Numbered from the stretch's first letter, positions 33,367 to 43,405 are shown. The stretch is DNA of 64,000 nucleotides from Nitrospirota bacterium (GCA_963845065.1 CAWJQQ010000003.1:192001-256000), one strand, 5' to 3'. The notes: generated by a model not told the origin, from the sequence alone. A program made the numbers and translations.

Positions 33367-34830
33367 ATGTACGCTGTAATTATGGCCGGCGGTTCGGGTA
33401 CGCGGTTTTGGCCGCTTTCCCGCGAAAAAATGCCAAAGCAGCTCCTGAAAATCGGTGCAGAAGATACGATGATATGTGAAACAGTAAATCGAATCTTGCC
33501 TTCCATAAGTTTTGAAGATATTTTTATCGTCACGAACCGAGATATCGTAGATGCGATTGGCCAACAACTCTCGTCGAAATTCAACAAGCCCTGGGACAAA
33601 AATGTGATTCTCGAACCTGAGGCGAGAAACACTGCGCCCGCCCTGGGCCTAGCCGCACTCCACCTGGAGCGACTGGATCCCGAAGGCGTTATGGTAGCTC
33701 TCGCTGCAGATCATATTATTCAAAAAACCGATGAATTCCTTAGATTACTAGGGAAAGCCAATGAGGCGGCTCAACATGGGTATCTGGTCACGCTCGGAAT
33801 CAAACCGAACAGACCGGAGACGGGTTATGGTTACATTAAGGCCGGTTCAGCTTGCCAGGAAGCAGCACTAAACGGTGTATGTAAAGTCGAAGCATTTGTT
33901 GAAAAACCGAATCTCGAAACGGCTAAAGAATATCTCAATCAGGGCAATTACTTCTGGAACAGCGGAATATTTATCTGGAAAACGAAAACCCTACTGCAGG
34001 AGATAAAAAAATATGATCCTCTGCTCTTTAGCGGTTTAATGGCGATAAAGAACAGCATCGGTACGGATAAGGAAGAGAACGTTATTAGTACTGTTTTCAA
34101 GAACCTTAATTCCGTTTCCATCGACTACGCAGTCATGGAAAAAACCGACCATGCAGCAGTCATCCCCGCAGATATAGGTTGGTCGGATGTTGGAAGCTGG
34201 ACCGCTCTCGATGAAGTTTCCGAACACGACACCGCAGGCAACATTATGAGCGGAAACGTCATCGATATAGGTAGCCATGATTCGATCATTTATGCTGAAA
34301 AACGACTGGTAACGACCATAGGGCTGAAGGACGTTGTTGTAGTAGACACGCCGGATGCGACGCTCGTATGCAGTAAAGACAGAGCGCAGGATGTGAAGAA
34401 GGTCGTTGACGAGATCAAAAAACGTAAGTCAGGTGAACATCTTATACACCGCACCGTGCATCGGCCCTGGGGGTCGTATACGATATTGGAAGAAGGGGAC
34501 CGTTACAAAATCAAGCGACTTGTTATTCATCCGGGGACGAAGCTTTCACACCAACTTCATAGCCATCGTAGCGAACATTGGGTCGTCGTCTCCGGCACAG
34601 CCCGGGTCACAAATGGAGACAAGGTGTATGACGTGCATCCGAACGAAAGTACGTACATTCCCATGTCTACAAAGCACCGGCTGGAAAACCTCGGCAAAAT
34701 CCCTCTCCAAATCATTGAAGTGCAGAACGGGGAATATCTTGAAGAAGACGATATCGTCCGCTTTGACGATGATTATAACAGGCATAATCAAAACAAGAGA
34801 AGGTCATTACCGTCGCTTTCTAGTACATAA
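33367..34830 (+). CDS. manC: Mannose-1-phosphate guanylyltransferase / mannose-6-phosphate isomerase
   Basis: AGGSGTRFWPLSR, PETGYGYI and WSDVGSW motifs; cupin RPWG..HRSEHW. Confidence 0.95.
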   Translation: MYAVIMAGGSGTRFWPLSREKMPKQLLKIGAEDTMICETVNRILPSISFEDIFIVTNRDIVDAIGQQLSSKFNKPWDKNVILEPEARNTAPALGLAALHLERLDPEGVMVALAADHIIQKTDEFLRLLGKANEAAQHGYLVTLGIKPNRPETGYGYIKAGSACQEAALNGVCKVEAFVEKPNLETAKEYLNQGNYFWNSGIFIWKTKTLLQEIKKYDPLLFSGLMAIKNSIGTDKEENVISTVFKNLNSVSIDYAVMEKTDHAAVIPADIGWSDVGSWTALDEVSEHDTAGNIMSGNVIDIGSHDSIIYAEKRLVTTIGLKDVVVVDTPDATLVCSKDRAQDVKKVVDEIKKRKSGEHLIHRTVHRPWGSYTILEEGDRYKIKRLVIHPGTKLSHQLHSHRSEHWVVVSGTARVTNGDKVYDVHPNESTYIPMSTKHRLENLGKIPLQIIEVQNGEYLEEDDIVRFDDDYNRHNQNKRRSLPSLSST

Positions 34831-34848
34831 TCCCGTATAGAGAACTAT

Positions 34849-36297
34849 GTGTCACCAATGATAAACCCTGAAATATTCCGAGAATATGACATCCGTGGAA
34901 TTGCGGATCGTGACCTGACGCCTTCAGTAATTGAGTCTCTGGGACAAGCTTTTGCTGCATATCTCAAGCAAAAGAGTATCAGCTCGATATCCGTCGGATT
35001 TGACGCACGTATAAGTTCGCCGCGACTTTGCGAGAACCTCGTGCAAGGTCTGACGCATGGTGGTATGAACGTTACCATCATCGGCCTCTGCCCGACGCCT
35101 GCTCTCTATTTTTCCCTCTACCACCTCAGGCCTGGTGCAGGAGTGATGATCACCGGCAGCCACAATCCTTCGGAATTCAATGGGTTCAAGCTCTGCGTCA
35201 ACAAGGACACTATTTACGGAGAAGAAATTCAAAAGTTGAAAGATATCATGATGGATGGTGCTGCCAGGAAGAACCAAAAATCCGATTCTGAAGCGAACGG
35301 TTCCGTTAAGCGCCGCCCCATCCTACCTGATTACATCAACCATTTAAAGAACTTGTTTAAAGCAACTGAAGACCATCGCCTTAAGATTGTCCTTGATGCA
35401 GGAAATGGAACTGCTGGTTTGGCAGCGCCTGAAGTAGTCCGATCGATGGGTTGTGACGTCGTTGAGCTTTTTTCTGAACCCGATGGGTCTTTTCCAAATC
35501 ATCATCCCGATCCTACGATTCCCAGGAATCTTGTTGCATTGATAGAAACAGTTAAAACGCAAAAAGCGGATGCAGGGATCGCATTCGATGGTGATTCAGA
35601 CAGGATTGGTGTGGTGGACGAGAAAGGGAGCATATTATGGGGCGATCAGCTTATGATTATCTTCTCCCGCGATATCCTTAGCAAACATCCAGGATCCACG
35701 TTCGTATCAGAAGTCAAGTGTTCGCAGGTCATGTACGACGACATCCGCTCCCATGGCGGGACTGCCATCATGTGGAAGGCAGGTCATTCTCTTATCAAGG
35801 CTAAAATGAAGGAAGTACATGCAGCTATGGCTGGGGAAATGAGCGGTCATCTGTTTTTCGCGGACCGTTATTTTGGCTATGACGATGCGATCTATGCGGC
35901 CTGCCGCATCGTGGAAATACTGAAAAAGCTTAAAAAAAAGCATGGGAGCATTGCCTCACTCAGCACGCTTCTTGCTGACCTTCCGAAGACTTTTAATACC
36001 CCTGAGATCCGTTTAGATTGCCCGGAAACTATTAAGTTTAAAGTCGTTGAAAAAGCAAAGGAGATATTTTCCCACGGAAATGGTCTGCCCCAAAAGCCTC
36101 GGGAAGTGATAACCGTCGATGGAGTACGGGCCATATTCGAAAAGGGATGGGGTCTTATCCGGGCATCAAATACTCAGCCGGTACTGGTAATGCGCTTTGA
36201 AGCCAGCGATCCCCTCTCTCTTGAGTCGATCAAAAGGATGATGGAGCAAACCGTAACGGCCATCATATCGCATTTTTCAGTCGTCTCCCCTGAATAA
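34849..36297 (+). CDS. manB: Phosphomannomutase/phosphoglucomutase
   Basis: YDIRG, TGSHNP, DGDSDR, GEMSGH and RASNTQP motifs. Confidence 0.93.
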   Translation: MSPMINPEIFREYDIRGIADRDLTPSVIESLGQAFAAYLKQKSISSISVGFDARISSPRLCENLVQGLTHGGMNVTIIGLCPTPALYFSLYHLRPGAGVMITGSHNPSEFNGFKLCVNKDTIYGEEIQKLKDIMMDGAARKNQKSDSEANGSVKRRPILPDYINHLKNLFKATEDHRLKIVLDAGNGTAGLAAPEVVRSMGCDVVELFSEPDGSFPNHHPDPTIPRNLVALIETVKTQKADAGIAFDGDSDRIGVVDEKGSILWGDQLMIIFSRDILSKHPGSTFVSEVKCSQVMYDDIRSHGGTAIMWKAGHSLIKAKMKEVHAAMAGEMSGHLFFADRYFGYDDAIYAACRIVEILKKLKKKHGSIASLSTLLADLPKTFNTPEIRLDCPETIKFKVVEKAKEIFSHGNGLPQKPREVITVDGVRAIFEKGWGLIRASNTQPVLVMRFEASDPLSLESIKRMMEQTVTAIISHFSVVSPE

Positions 36298-36369
36298 CAG
36301 TAGAGATGTGCATAATTACCTAAATATCACTTAGAAAATATGTTATCAAGAAATTTATTTTTATCGCTA

Positions 36370-36402
36370 TTGTTAACCAGCATGTAGAAAAATGGTTGAC
36401 AA
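36370..36402. promoter_or_regulatory. BirA operator overlapping the bioB -35 element
   Basis: TTGTTAACC-N15-GGTTGACAA fits the BirA palindrome and contains TTGACA (36396-36401). Confidence 0.85.
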
Positions 36403-36431
36403 CTACTCTATCTTAAGGTAAAAGATAGCCA

Positions 36432-37448
36432 ATGAAAATACGACAACAACTAACCGATCTTCTTGACAGTGTTTTGAAGGGAAAACCGATAGATTATGCA
36501 GATGCAAGAGAATTGTCTCGCATTTCAGGGGCTGACCTGTGGGACCTCTTTGCGATTACTGGGAAGATTCGCGAACACTATCGCGGTAAAACGGTTGATC
36601 TGTGCTCGATCGTGAATGCAAAATCAGGCGCCTGCAGCGAGGATTGTGCATACTGCGCACAGTCAATGCACCACTCAACCAACGCCTCGGTCTATCCTCT
36701 TATTTCTGTCGACCGCATGGTAGAAGCAATAAAGAGTGCGAAAAAAAATAATGCAAAAAGATTTTGCATCGTGACAAGCGGTCGGGGCATTGATACACAG
36801 GCAGACCTCGAGAATATCGCAAAAGGCATTCAGAGGGTTATCGAAATAGGATTGTCACCCTGTGCTACGCTTGGTACACTCACAAAAAATCAACTATCCT
36901 ATCTCAAACAAGCAGGCTTGCACCGTTTTCACCATAATATCGAAACGTCCAAAGAGTACTTTCCGCATATCTGCACAACTCATACATTCGAGGATCGGCT
37001 CGAAGTGTTGGGTCATGCCCGTTCTCTGGGACTTTCTACCTGCAGCGGCGGAATCCTTGGCATGGGAGAGGGCATGGAGGATCGGATAAAGATGGCGATG
37101 ACGCTTCGCGAGATTGATGTGGATTCTGTCCCAATTAATTTTCTTATGCCGATAAAAGGAACTCCCTTTGAGAAGATCAGCGCAATCACACCTCTCGAAG
37201 CTTTGCATTCCATCGCCCTCTTTCGCCTGATCCTACCCAGTAAGGAGATCCGCGTTTGCGGTGGGAGGGGCACAGCTCTACGACACCTCCATCCGCTTAT
37301 ATTTGCGGCAGGCGCAGATGGGTTTATGATCGGGAATTATCTTACTACGTCGGGTTTGGACCCTGTAGAAGATCTCAATATGTTGCAGAATCTGGGTAAT
37401 TCGGAGCAGAAAGAACCTGCAAAATGGCTGTTTTCTCGAACATGGTAA
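36432..37448 (+). CDS. bioB: Biotin synthase; the extreme C-terminus is supplied by IS4 sequence
   Basis: CSEDCAYC, HNIET, SVPIN, CGGR and IGNYLTT motifs. Confidence 0.95.
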   Translation: MKIRQQLTDLLDSVLKGKPIDYADARELSRISGADLWDLFAITGKIREHYRGKTVDLCSIVNAKSGACSEDCAYCAQSMHHSTNASVYPLISVDRMVEAIKSAKKNNAKRFCIVTSGRGIDTQADLENIAKGIQRVIEIGLSPCATLGTLTKNQLSYLKQAGLHRFHHNIETSKEYFPHICTTHTFEDRLEVLGHARSLGLSTCSGGILGMGEGMEDRIKMAMTLREIDVDSVPINFLMPIKGTPFEKISAITPLEALHSIALFRLILPSKEIRVCGGRGTALRHLHPLIFAAGADGFMIGNYLTTSGLDPVEDLNMLQNLGNSEQKEPAKWLFSRTW

Positions 37449-38656
37449 CGCTCAATATTTGTAGAATTAGTGTAGAGGCTTCGATCCAGCTGCAATCGTT
37501 TCTTGACAATGGCCACAAGAACGTATACAGAAATGGCGATCCAAATTTGGGTCTTCAGTGCGTTCTCGCTGGTGCCGTAAAATGCTTTGATCCGCAGGTG
37601 CTGTTTGATCCATTTGAAGAACAACTCCACCTGCCAGCGGCATTTGTAAAGCTTCGCGATCACGATTGCCGGCAGCGTGAAGTTGTTAAAGAAAAACGAA
37701 ACGCTTCCTTGTTTCTACATCGTAGTAACGGATTCTCCTGAGCTTCTCGGGATAGTCTAGCAGCGTATAGAAACCGGTGACCATAATGATCTGATCTGCC
37801 CGTACCCCGGTTGACTTGTCCACTGGCTGGGAGTAGAGACGCTTGAAAACGAAATTGCTCTTTGCGCGCGTTACAAAAAACGCAAGCGATTGATGCATCC
37901 GGTAGAGACGGGCAAAATCGATATATGCTTTGTCGAAAATATAGATGGCGCCAGGCTCGAAAATAAGATCGTCGAGCGCGTTGACATCGTGTGTTTTTCC
38001 ATTGGTAATACTGATCACAACGGGGATGTTGCCCCGAAGATCCAGCAGGGTGTGGAGCTTCACCGCAGCTTTGTTTTTTCTGAACTTGGCCCAGGGAAAT
38101 ACCGAGAGACAGAGATCGATGGTTGTGGAATCGAAGGCGTATACGGCATTTTCCAACTCCAACCCGAAGTCTTCGTTCGCATACAACTCCCTGGCGATTT
38201 TGATCAGTACTTGAGCGAAGTCGGCGTAGATTCTCCAGTCGCGGTTTTCGTTGGCATGGGCCAAAGTGTTTCGTGAGACGTTGCTCCGGATGCCCATATG
38301 ATACAGTTTCGGCTTCGCCACACGAAGGCATGCCTCTATGTCCCGAAGACTTTCCCGATACGTGAGCTGGGCGAAGGCCATGCAGAGAAACTGATCCAGA
38401 CAGGTAAACGTTATCACTTTGTAGTTGCCATTGTAACGATCTACGCATTGGCGAAACTGGAACGATGGAATGAAGTCCATGATTTGAGAAAAAACGGTTC
38501 TGCCGATATTCACGATTAGCCATCTCCTTCCGCGGGGCAGCGGAATTATGGCATATCGGCAAAAAATATTTCAAATCGAAAAGTTGCATTTCACAATGAA
38601 TGTGCATGTTTTTCTGTAAGTTAGATGAGGCTTGTAATTCAACCTTGGGACACTTG
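37388..38656 (-). mobile_element. IS4-family element, one end truncated
   Basis: DUF4372+DDE transposase; IS-end-like sequence CAAGTGTCCCAAGGTT at 38656-38641 with no counterpart at the bioB junction. Confidence 0.8.
37390..38513 (-). pseudogene. IS4-family transposase (DUF4372) with frameshifts near 37686 and 37468
   Basis: FAQLTYRESLRDIE, DSTTIDLC, KLHTLLD and FDKAY; YKCRWQVELFFKWIKQHL is in another frame. Confidence 0.9.
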
Positions 38657-38902
38657 TGAATAATAGCAGAAATACTATACAACAACCGTATGCATGCATC
38701 GAAAGGCAAAAATCACGTCTCGGGAATAGAGAGAATTATCGTCATGGGAGCATTGACGACATCGTGATAAGCCTCATTGCACGCGCTGAATCGAAAGGCA
38801 GTATTCTCAGTAAAATCACGGACAGTATGGAGAGTCTTAAAAACTTGCCTGCACAAAGAGATCGGGCTGGAACAGAATAAGGCCCAACATTTATGAAAGT
38901 CT

Positions 38903-40063
38903 ATGTTTGAACAGGAACTAGAACAGCTGGAAAAACAGCATCTCCTTAGAAAGCCGGTAATCATCGAATCGTATCAAGGACCTAAAATTACGATCAACAA
39001 GAGGAGTTTGTTGCTCATGTGTTCGAATGATTATCTCAGCCTTTCACAACATCCCGCACTCATAGAGGCTGCTGCCTCAGCCATGGAAAAATATGGTCTT
39101 GGCTCAGGAGCATCACGACTCGTTTCAGGCACGAGTCCGATTCACCAAGAGCTGGAACATAAATTATCACAATTCAAGAAATCAGAAGCGGTGATCCTTT
39201 TTAACTCAGGTTATGCGGCAAATACCGGCATCATTCCCGCGCTTGCACGGGAAGGTGATATGGTATTCAGTGACAGCCTGAATCATGCTAGTATTATTGA
39301 CGGATGTCGTCTCAGCAGAGCCTCTATCCGTGTCTACCGTCACAAGGATATGAATCATCTGGAGACGCTGCTTAAGGATTGTGGCCATGCCAGACGGAAT
39401 CTTATCGTTACCGACGGTGTTTTCAGCATGGATGGGGATATTGCTCCGCTTCCGGACCTTGTTGCACTTGCTGAAAAATATAATGCGCTTCTGATGATTG
39501 ATGATGCACATGCCACCGGAGTACTCGGAAAGGGCGGCAGGGGGACTGTAGAGCATTTCGGCATGGAAGGCCGTGTTCCGATACAGATGGGCACTCTTGG
39601 AAAGGCTCTTGGAGCCTACGGCGCTTATGTTGCCGGGAACAGGGACCTCATCGACTTACTTATAAATCGCGCTCGGAGTTACATATACAGTACAGCGCTG
39701 CCTCCTGCAGTATGTGCTGCCTCGCTAGCAGCTCTTAAGATTATTGAAAACGATCCCACAAGGAGAGAAAGACTCTGGTGCAATCGAGAGCGTTTTGCAG
39801 CAGGACTGAAGTCTCTACAAATTGATATAGGAACTTCGGCAACACCCATTGTGCCTTTGATGATCGGGGATACCGCACAGGCAATAAAAGTTGGCGCAAG
39901 ATTGTTCGAGTCTGGTATTTTCGCAACCGCAATCAGACCACCGACGGTGCCGGAGGGCACATCAAGAATACGGATGACACTCATGACAAGTTTTTCTGAT
40001 CATGATATAGATATGGCATTGGCTACTGTCAAGAAAATACGGGAAGAGGGTTTTTTCCTATAA
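38903..40063 (+). CDS. bioF: 8-amino-7-oxononanoate synthase
   Basis: SNDYL, NHASIIDG, FSMDGD, DDAH, TLGKA and IRPPTVP motifs. Confidence 0.95.
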   Translation: MFEQELEQLEKQHLLRKPVIIESYQGPKITINKRSLLLMCSNDYLSLSQHPALIEAAASAMEKYGLGSGASRLVSGTSPIHQELEHKLSQFKKSEAVILFNSGYAANTGIIPALAREGDMVFSDSLNHASIIDGCRLSRASIRVYRHKDMNHLETLLKDCGHARRNLIVTDGVFSMDGDIAPLPDLVALAEKYNALLMIDDAHATGVLGKGGRGTVEHFGMEGRVPIQMGTLGKALGAYGAYVAGNRDLIDLLINRARSYIYSTALPPAVCAASLAALKIIENDPTRRERLWCNRERFAAGLKSLQIDIGTSATPIVPLMIGDTAQAIKVGARLFESGIFATAIRPPTVPEGTSRIRMTLMTSFSDHDIDMALATVKKIREEGFFL

Positions 40064-40245
40064 AGACGGTCAAAAAAAAGGGTCGCCATGGTGATAGGGA
40101 CTCGCGCGATTTTGGTTGAAAAATTGCCTTTAGTTTCGGCAGGAAATGTGGCAGGTTAGTCGTGAGTAATTTTTTCGATGAACAGGGTTGGTAACTGTTG
40201 ATTAATTAGTGGTATATTATAGAAATATATGCTATAATATAGACT

Positions 40246-40818
40246 ATGAAATTAAGCGTATGGGCCAAACAACAGGGGATTACATACAAAGCGGCATGGA
40301 ACTGGTGGAAGGCCGGCAAGCTGCCGGTTGAAGCGGAACAGATGCCGTCCGGCACTATTATCATCAAAGAGCAAAAAACGGATTCAACAGGGGCTGCGGC
40401 TCTTTATGCCAGGGTATCCAGCCATGACCAGAATAACGACCTGGACGCGCAAATCGGCCGGTTGTCACAGTTTGCCGCGTCGCAGAAATTGGCTGTTACC
40501 ATGGCTGTTACGGAGATCGGTTCAGGTCTGAACGGGCATAGGCCAAAGCTCATGAAGCTGCTTGCAAATCCAGCGGTAAGTATTATCGTTGTCGAACATC
40601 GCGATCGGCTGATGAGATTCGGTTCTGAATATGTAGAATCATCACTTCATGCTCAAGGCAGAAGGTTCATCATTATGGACCAGACGGAACTTAAAGATGA
40701 CCTTGTGCAGGATCTGAGAGAGGTGCTGACGTCATTTTGCGCGAGACTGTACGGACGCAGGTCCGCAGCCAACAAGGCAAAAAAGGCGATTGAGGCTATG
40801 AACGATGGCGAGCAGTAA
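40246..40818 (+). CDS. tnpA: IS607-family transposase (N-terminal HTH + serine recombinase)
   Basis: MKLS.WA...GI.Y..AW.W...G, YARVSS, EIGSGLN, VEHRDRL.RFG and FCARLYGRRS motifs. Confidence 0.95.
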   Translation: MKLSVWAKQQGITYKAAWNWWKAGKLPVEAEQMPSGTIIIKEQKTDSTGAAALYARVSSHDQNNDLDAQIGRLSQFAASQKLAVTMAVTEIGSGLNGHRPKLMKLLANPAVSIIVVEHRDRLMRFGSEYVESSLHAQGRRFIIMDQTELKDDLVQDLREVLTSFCARLYGRRSAANKAKKAIEAMNDGEQ

Positions 40819-42499
40819 ACGCTCTTCTAAAAACAAAAAAGGCGGTAATAAGAAGGACAGCGATGTCCTGTCTTTTACCGCCTGTACTTTATTAAATGAT
40901 ATAGACATTTCCGGCGCTGGAAGTTCACTATACGGTATTCTCGATGAAATCGGCGATCTCTATGGGCACATCAAAAGGTCTTTATTTAAGGATTTCATCT
41001 CTACCGGCCAAAAACCCCAGTCATTCAAAAACGCATACTTGCTAAGATTCGGGATCACTGCGCGGCAATTCAACGCGGTCAGATATGACCTGGACGGCAA
41101 TATAAGTTCCGCTGTGGAAATCCTGAAAAAACGCGTAGAAGATATCGAAAGCAGTGTAAAATCCGTCAAAAGATGGATAGAGGGCAAGGAAACAAAGATC
41201 AGCCGGCTGCAAGAAGAGGTGAATCTGCCCGCGCCTGTACGTGACCAACAGATACACGATATCAGATTCGCGCTCCACCTTAAGAGGAGAAAGCTTCATG
41301 CAATAGAGCTTAAGCTGCATGCGCTTACCGATGATTTAAAGAGCAATCGCATCCGAATATGTTTTGGGTCAAAATCTCTTTTTCGCAAGCAGTTTACTCT
41401 GGACGAGAACGGCTATATTGGCCATGATGAATGGAGGGTGGACTGGAAGAAGGCCCGTGGTTCCCAGTCCTTTTGCCTAGGCTCGAAAGACGAAAGCGCC
41501 GGGAACCAGTCATGCACGCTGTCCATTGACGGGACGCTCCGGATACGCATTCCGAATCACCTGACCGACAAGTACGGGAAATATGCCGTGGTTACCGGAA
41601 TCAAATATCCCTACGGACTGGACATTGTTGAAGATGCACTCTCTAACGGGCAGGCGCTGACACATCGCTTTGTCCGTGAAGCGAAGGGATGGTATCTGCA
41701 TACATCCGTTGACATCAAAAAGCCGGAGCTGGTTACCTTTGAACCCGGGTTGATAGGGTGTATCGGTGTTGATGTTAACGAAAAAGAGATCGCCGTTTCT
41801 GACTCAGACCGGTTCGGTAACCTTGTATGGAGTACCTTTTATCCCGCCTGCGTAAAAGATAAGACATCAGCCCAAGCAGAGGCTATTTACGGGGACATTT
41901 GCAAAAAGATAGTTGCCAGAGCTGCAGCGTCCTGCAAGTCGATCAGCCATGAAAAACTCGATTTCAGCAAAAAGAAGACATCATTAAAGCAACAAGGAGT
42001 GACGTATTCCAGGATGCTTTCCGGGTTCGCTTATTCGTCATTCCTTACCATGCTCGATCGCCGCTCGTTTAAAGCGGGAGTTAAAGTATTCTCCGTTAAC
42101 CCCGCATTTACGTCCGTCATTGGCAGAGCAAATTATATGTCTCGCTATGGGATCACGGCGCATGAAGCGGCAGCGCTTATCATCGCGAGACGAGCACAAA
42201 GATATTCCGAGTCGCCTGCGCCGGCCAGAACCGCCTCTCCCCTACCTGTAAGGAATCGGGGAGAGCACGTCTGGAAATACTGGCGCAGGTCAAAGGAAAG
42301 CGGGGTTCGTGCCCGTACGGATGGACTCTCCTCTAGAAGGCGGCCCTTACAGGGCTCTACAGGCAGCGCTGAATCTCAACATGAATCGTTGCATGGAATG
42401 ACAGTGCTCACCTCCTGGCCACCTGCCGATGATTGTGGTTTACTCGATATCGGGAAGGCGTCAGGTGTGTTGCCGAGTAGTAAAAAGGCGCTTGTGTGA
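40805..42499 (+). CDS. tnpB: TnpB-related RuvC protein, 564 aa, without a zinc finger
   Basis: RuvC-I IGVDVN, RuvC-II HEKLDF, VNPAFTS and HEAAALIIARR; N-terminal coiled-coil-like region. Confidence 0.8.
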   Translation: MASSKRSSKNKKGGNKKDSDVLSFTACTLLNDIDISGAGSSLYGILDEIGDLYGHIKRSLFKDFISTGQKPQSFKNAYLLRFGITARQFNAVRYDLDGNISSAVEILKKRVEDIESSVKSVKRWIEGKETKISRLQEEVNLPAPVRDQQIHDIRFALHLKRRKLHAIELKLHALTDDLKSNRIRICFGSKSLFRKQFTLDENGYIGHDEWRVDWKKARGSQSFCLGSKDESAGNQSCTLSIDGTLRIRIPNHLTDKYGKYAVVTGIKYPYGLDIVEDALSNGQALTHRFVREAKGWYLHTSVDIKKPELVTFEPGLIGCIGVDVNEKEIAVSDSDRFGNLVWSTFYPACVKDKTSAQAEAIYGDICKKIVARAAASCKSISHEKLDFSKKKTSLKQQGVTYSRMLSGFAYSSFLTMLDRRSFKAGVKVFSVNPAFTSVIGRANYMSRYGITAHEAAALIIARRAQRYSESPAPARTASPLPVRNRGEHVWKYWRRSKESGVRARTDGLSSRRRPLQGSTGSAESQHESLHGMTVLTSWPPADDCGLLDIGKASGVLPSSKKALV

Positions 42500-42611
42500 A
42501 TCAGGGCGAGAATCCCTGACGTTAACCGGCAACAGCACTGTTCGGCTGCCGTTATAGCTAGTATGGATAAAAAGCTATATTTTAGGAACGGTACTTTGAT
42601 AAGAGAGAAGT
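42395..42611 (+). ncRNA. Putative omegaRNA (scaffold to 42591 plus flanking guide); 5' end uncertain
   Basis: Hairpins at 42501-42519, 42527-42551 and 42553-42579; 8-bp long-range complement 42401-42408/42534-42541; located at the tnpB 3' end. Confidence 0.55.
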
Positions 42612-42679
42612 GAAGAACAGAGTAGAGGGCAAGGGGAAAGCCTTTTTTAAAATGTTCCAATTCTTTGCAGAGCTGTCAT

Positions 42680-43405
42680 ATGACGAAAGGTATTTTTATA
42701 ACTGGGACGGATACCGGCGTTGGTAAGACTTACATCGCCGAGCGACTTGCATCTGGTCTTCGCGATAAAGGCATAAACGTCGGTGTGATGAAACCCGCTG
42801 AAACCGGTTGCCGTAATCGAGCTGGAAGGCTGATCCCCAGCGACGCATTGCGCCTTATGAAGGCTGCGGGCAGTAATGACTCTCTTGCTCTTATCAACCC
42901 CTACAGATTTAAGGAACCACTGGCGCCATTCGTTGCCGCTCAACGCGCCGGGAAAAAGATCGATCCGAGAATAATTACACGCTCACTCAGGACACTATGC
43001 TCCAAGCATGACTTCATGGTCGTTGAAGGGGCAGGTGGTATCATGGTTCCGTTGACTCGTCGTTATACCTACCGTGACCTTGCTTATACGATGGCGCTTC
43101 CGGTTGTGATCGTAGCAAGGCCAGGTCTCGGGACTATTAACCATACTCTGTTGACTGTTTCTGCTCTTCGATTGAAGGACATCTCAATAGCAGGCATTAT
43201 TATCAATTTTGCCGATGATCGGAAAGCAGGATTGGCGGAGGAAACAAGCTTTTCAATAATCGCGAAAATATCAAAACTGCCGATTCTGGGCACTGTTTTT
43301 CACGGAGATGAGAATCTCGCGCGGATAGTAGGACGAATTCTATCACTTCCATGGTATGGCCAGGTAGGTGATAGGCAGACAATGACATGCAAGCATAGTG
43401 ATTAA
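42680..43405 (+). CDS. bioD: Dethiobiotin synthetase
   Basis: FITGTDTGVGKT, KPAETG, VEGAGG and LGTINHT motifs. Confidence 0.95.
   Translation: MTKGIFITGTDTGVGKTYIAERLASGLRDKGINVGVMKPAETGCRNRAGRLIPSDALRLMKAAGSNDSLALINPYRFKEPLAPFVAAQRAGKKIDPRIITRSLRTLCSKHDFMVVEGAGGIMVPLTRRYTYRDLAYTMALPVVIVARPGLGTINHTLLTVSALRLKDISIAGIIINFADDRKAGLAEETSFSIIAKISKLPILGTVFHGDENLARIVGRILSLPWYGQVGDRQTMTCKHSD

Larger units (their letters stand above)
40190..42591 (+). mobile_element. IS607-family element (serine recombinase TnpA + TnpB-like protein)
   Basis: Overlapping tnpA-tnpB; GGTA at both proposed junctions (40190 and 42590), consistent with IS607 GG crossover; the ends are inferred. Confidence 0.8.

Noticed and set aside
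37660..38709. 349-aa alternative-frame ORF over the IS4 and other shadow ORFs (e.g. 49959-50681, 22072-22665)
   Set aside because: They overlap well-supported genes and carry no recognisable motifs.
38656..38880. 74-aa ORF with short repeats (ATCGAAAGGCA twice)
   Set aside because: Starts at the IS boundary, has no motif, and two short copies do not make an array.
40064..40245. IStron (group I intron) at the IS607 left end
   Set aside because: Only about 55 bp lie between the inferred end and tnpA, and the insertion is intergenic.
40064..42680. Type V CRISPR-Cas (Cas12-like) locus
   Set aside because: No repeat-spacer array or cas1/cas2 seen; the RuvC gene is coupled to an IS607 transposase.
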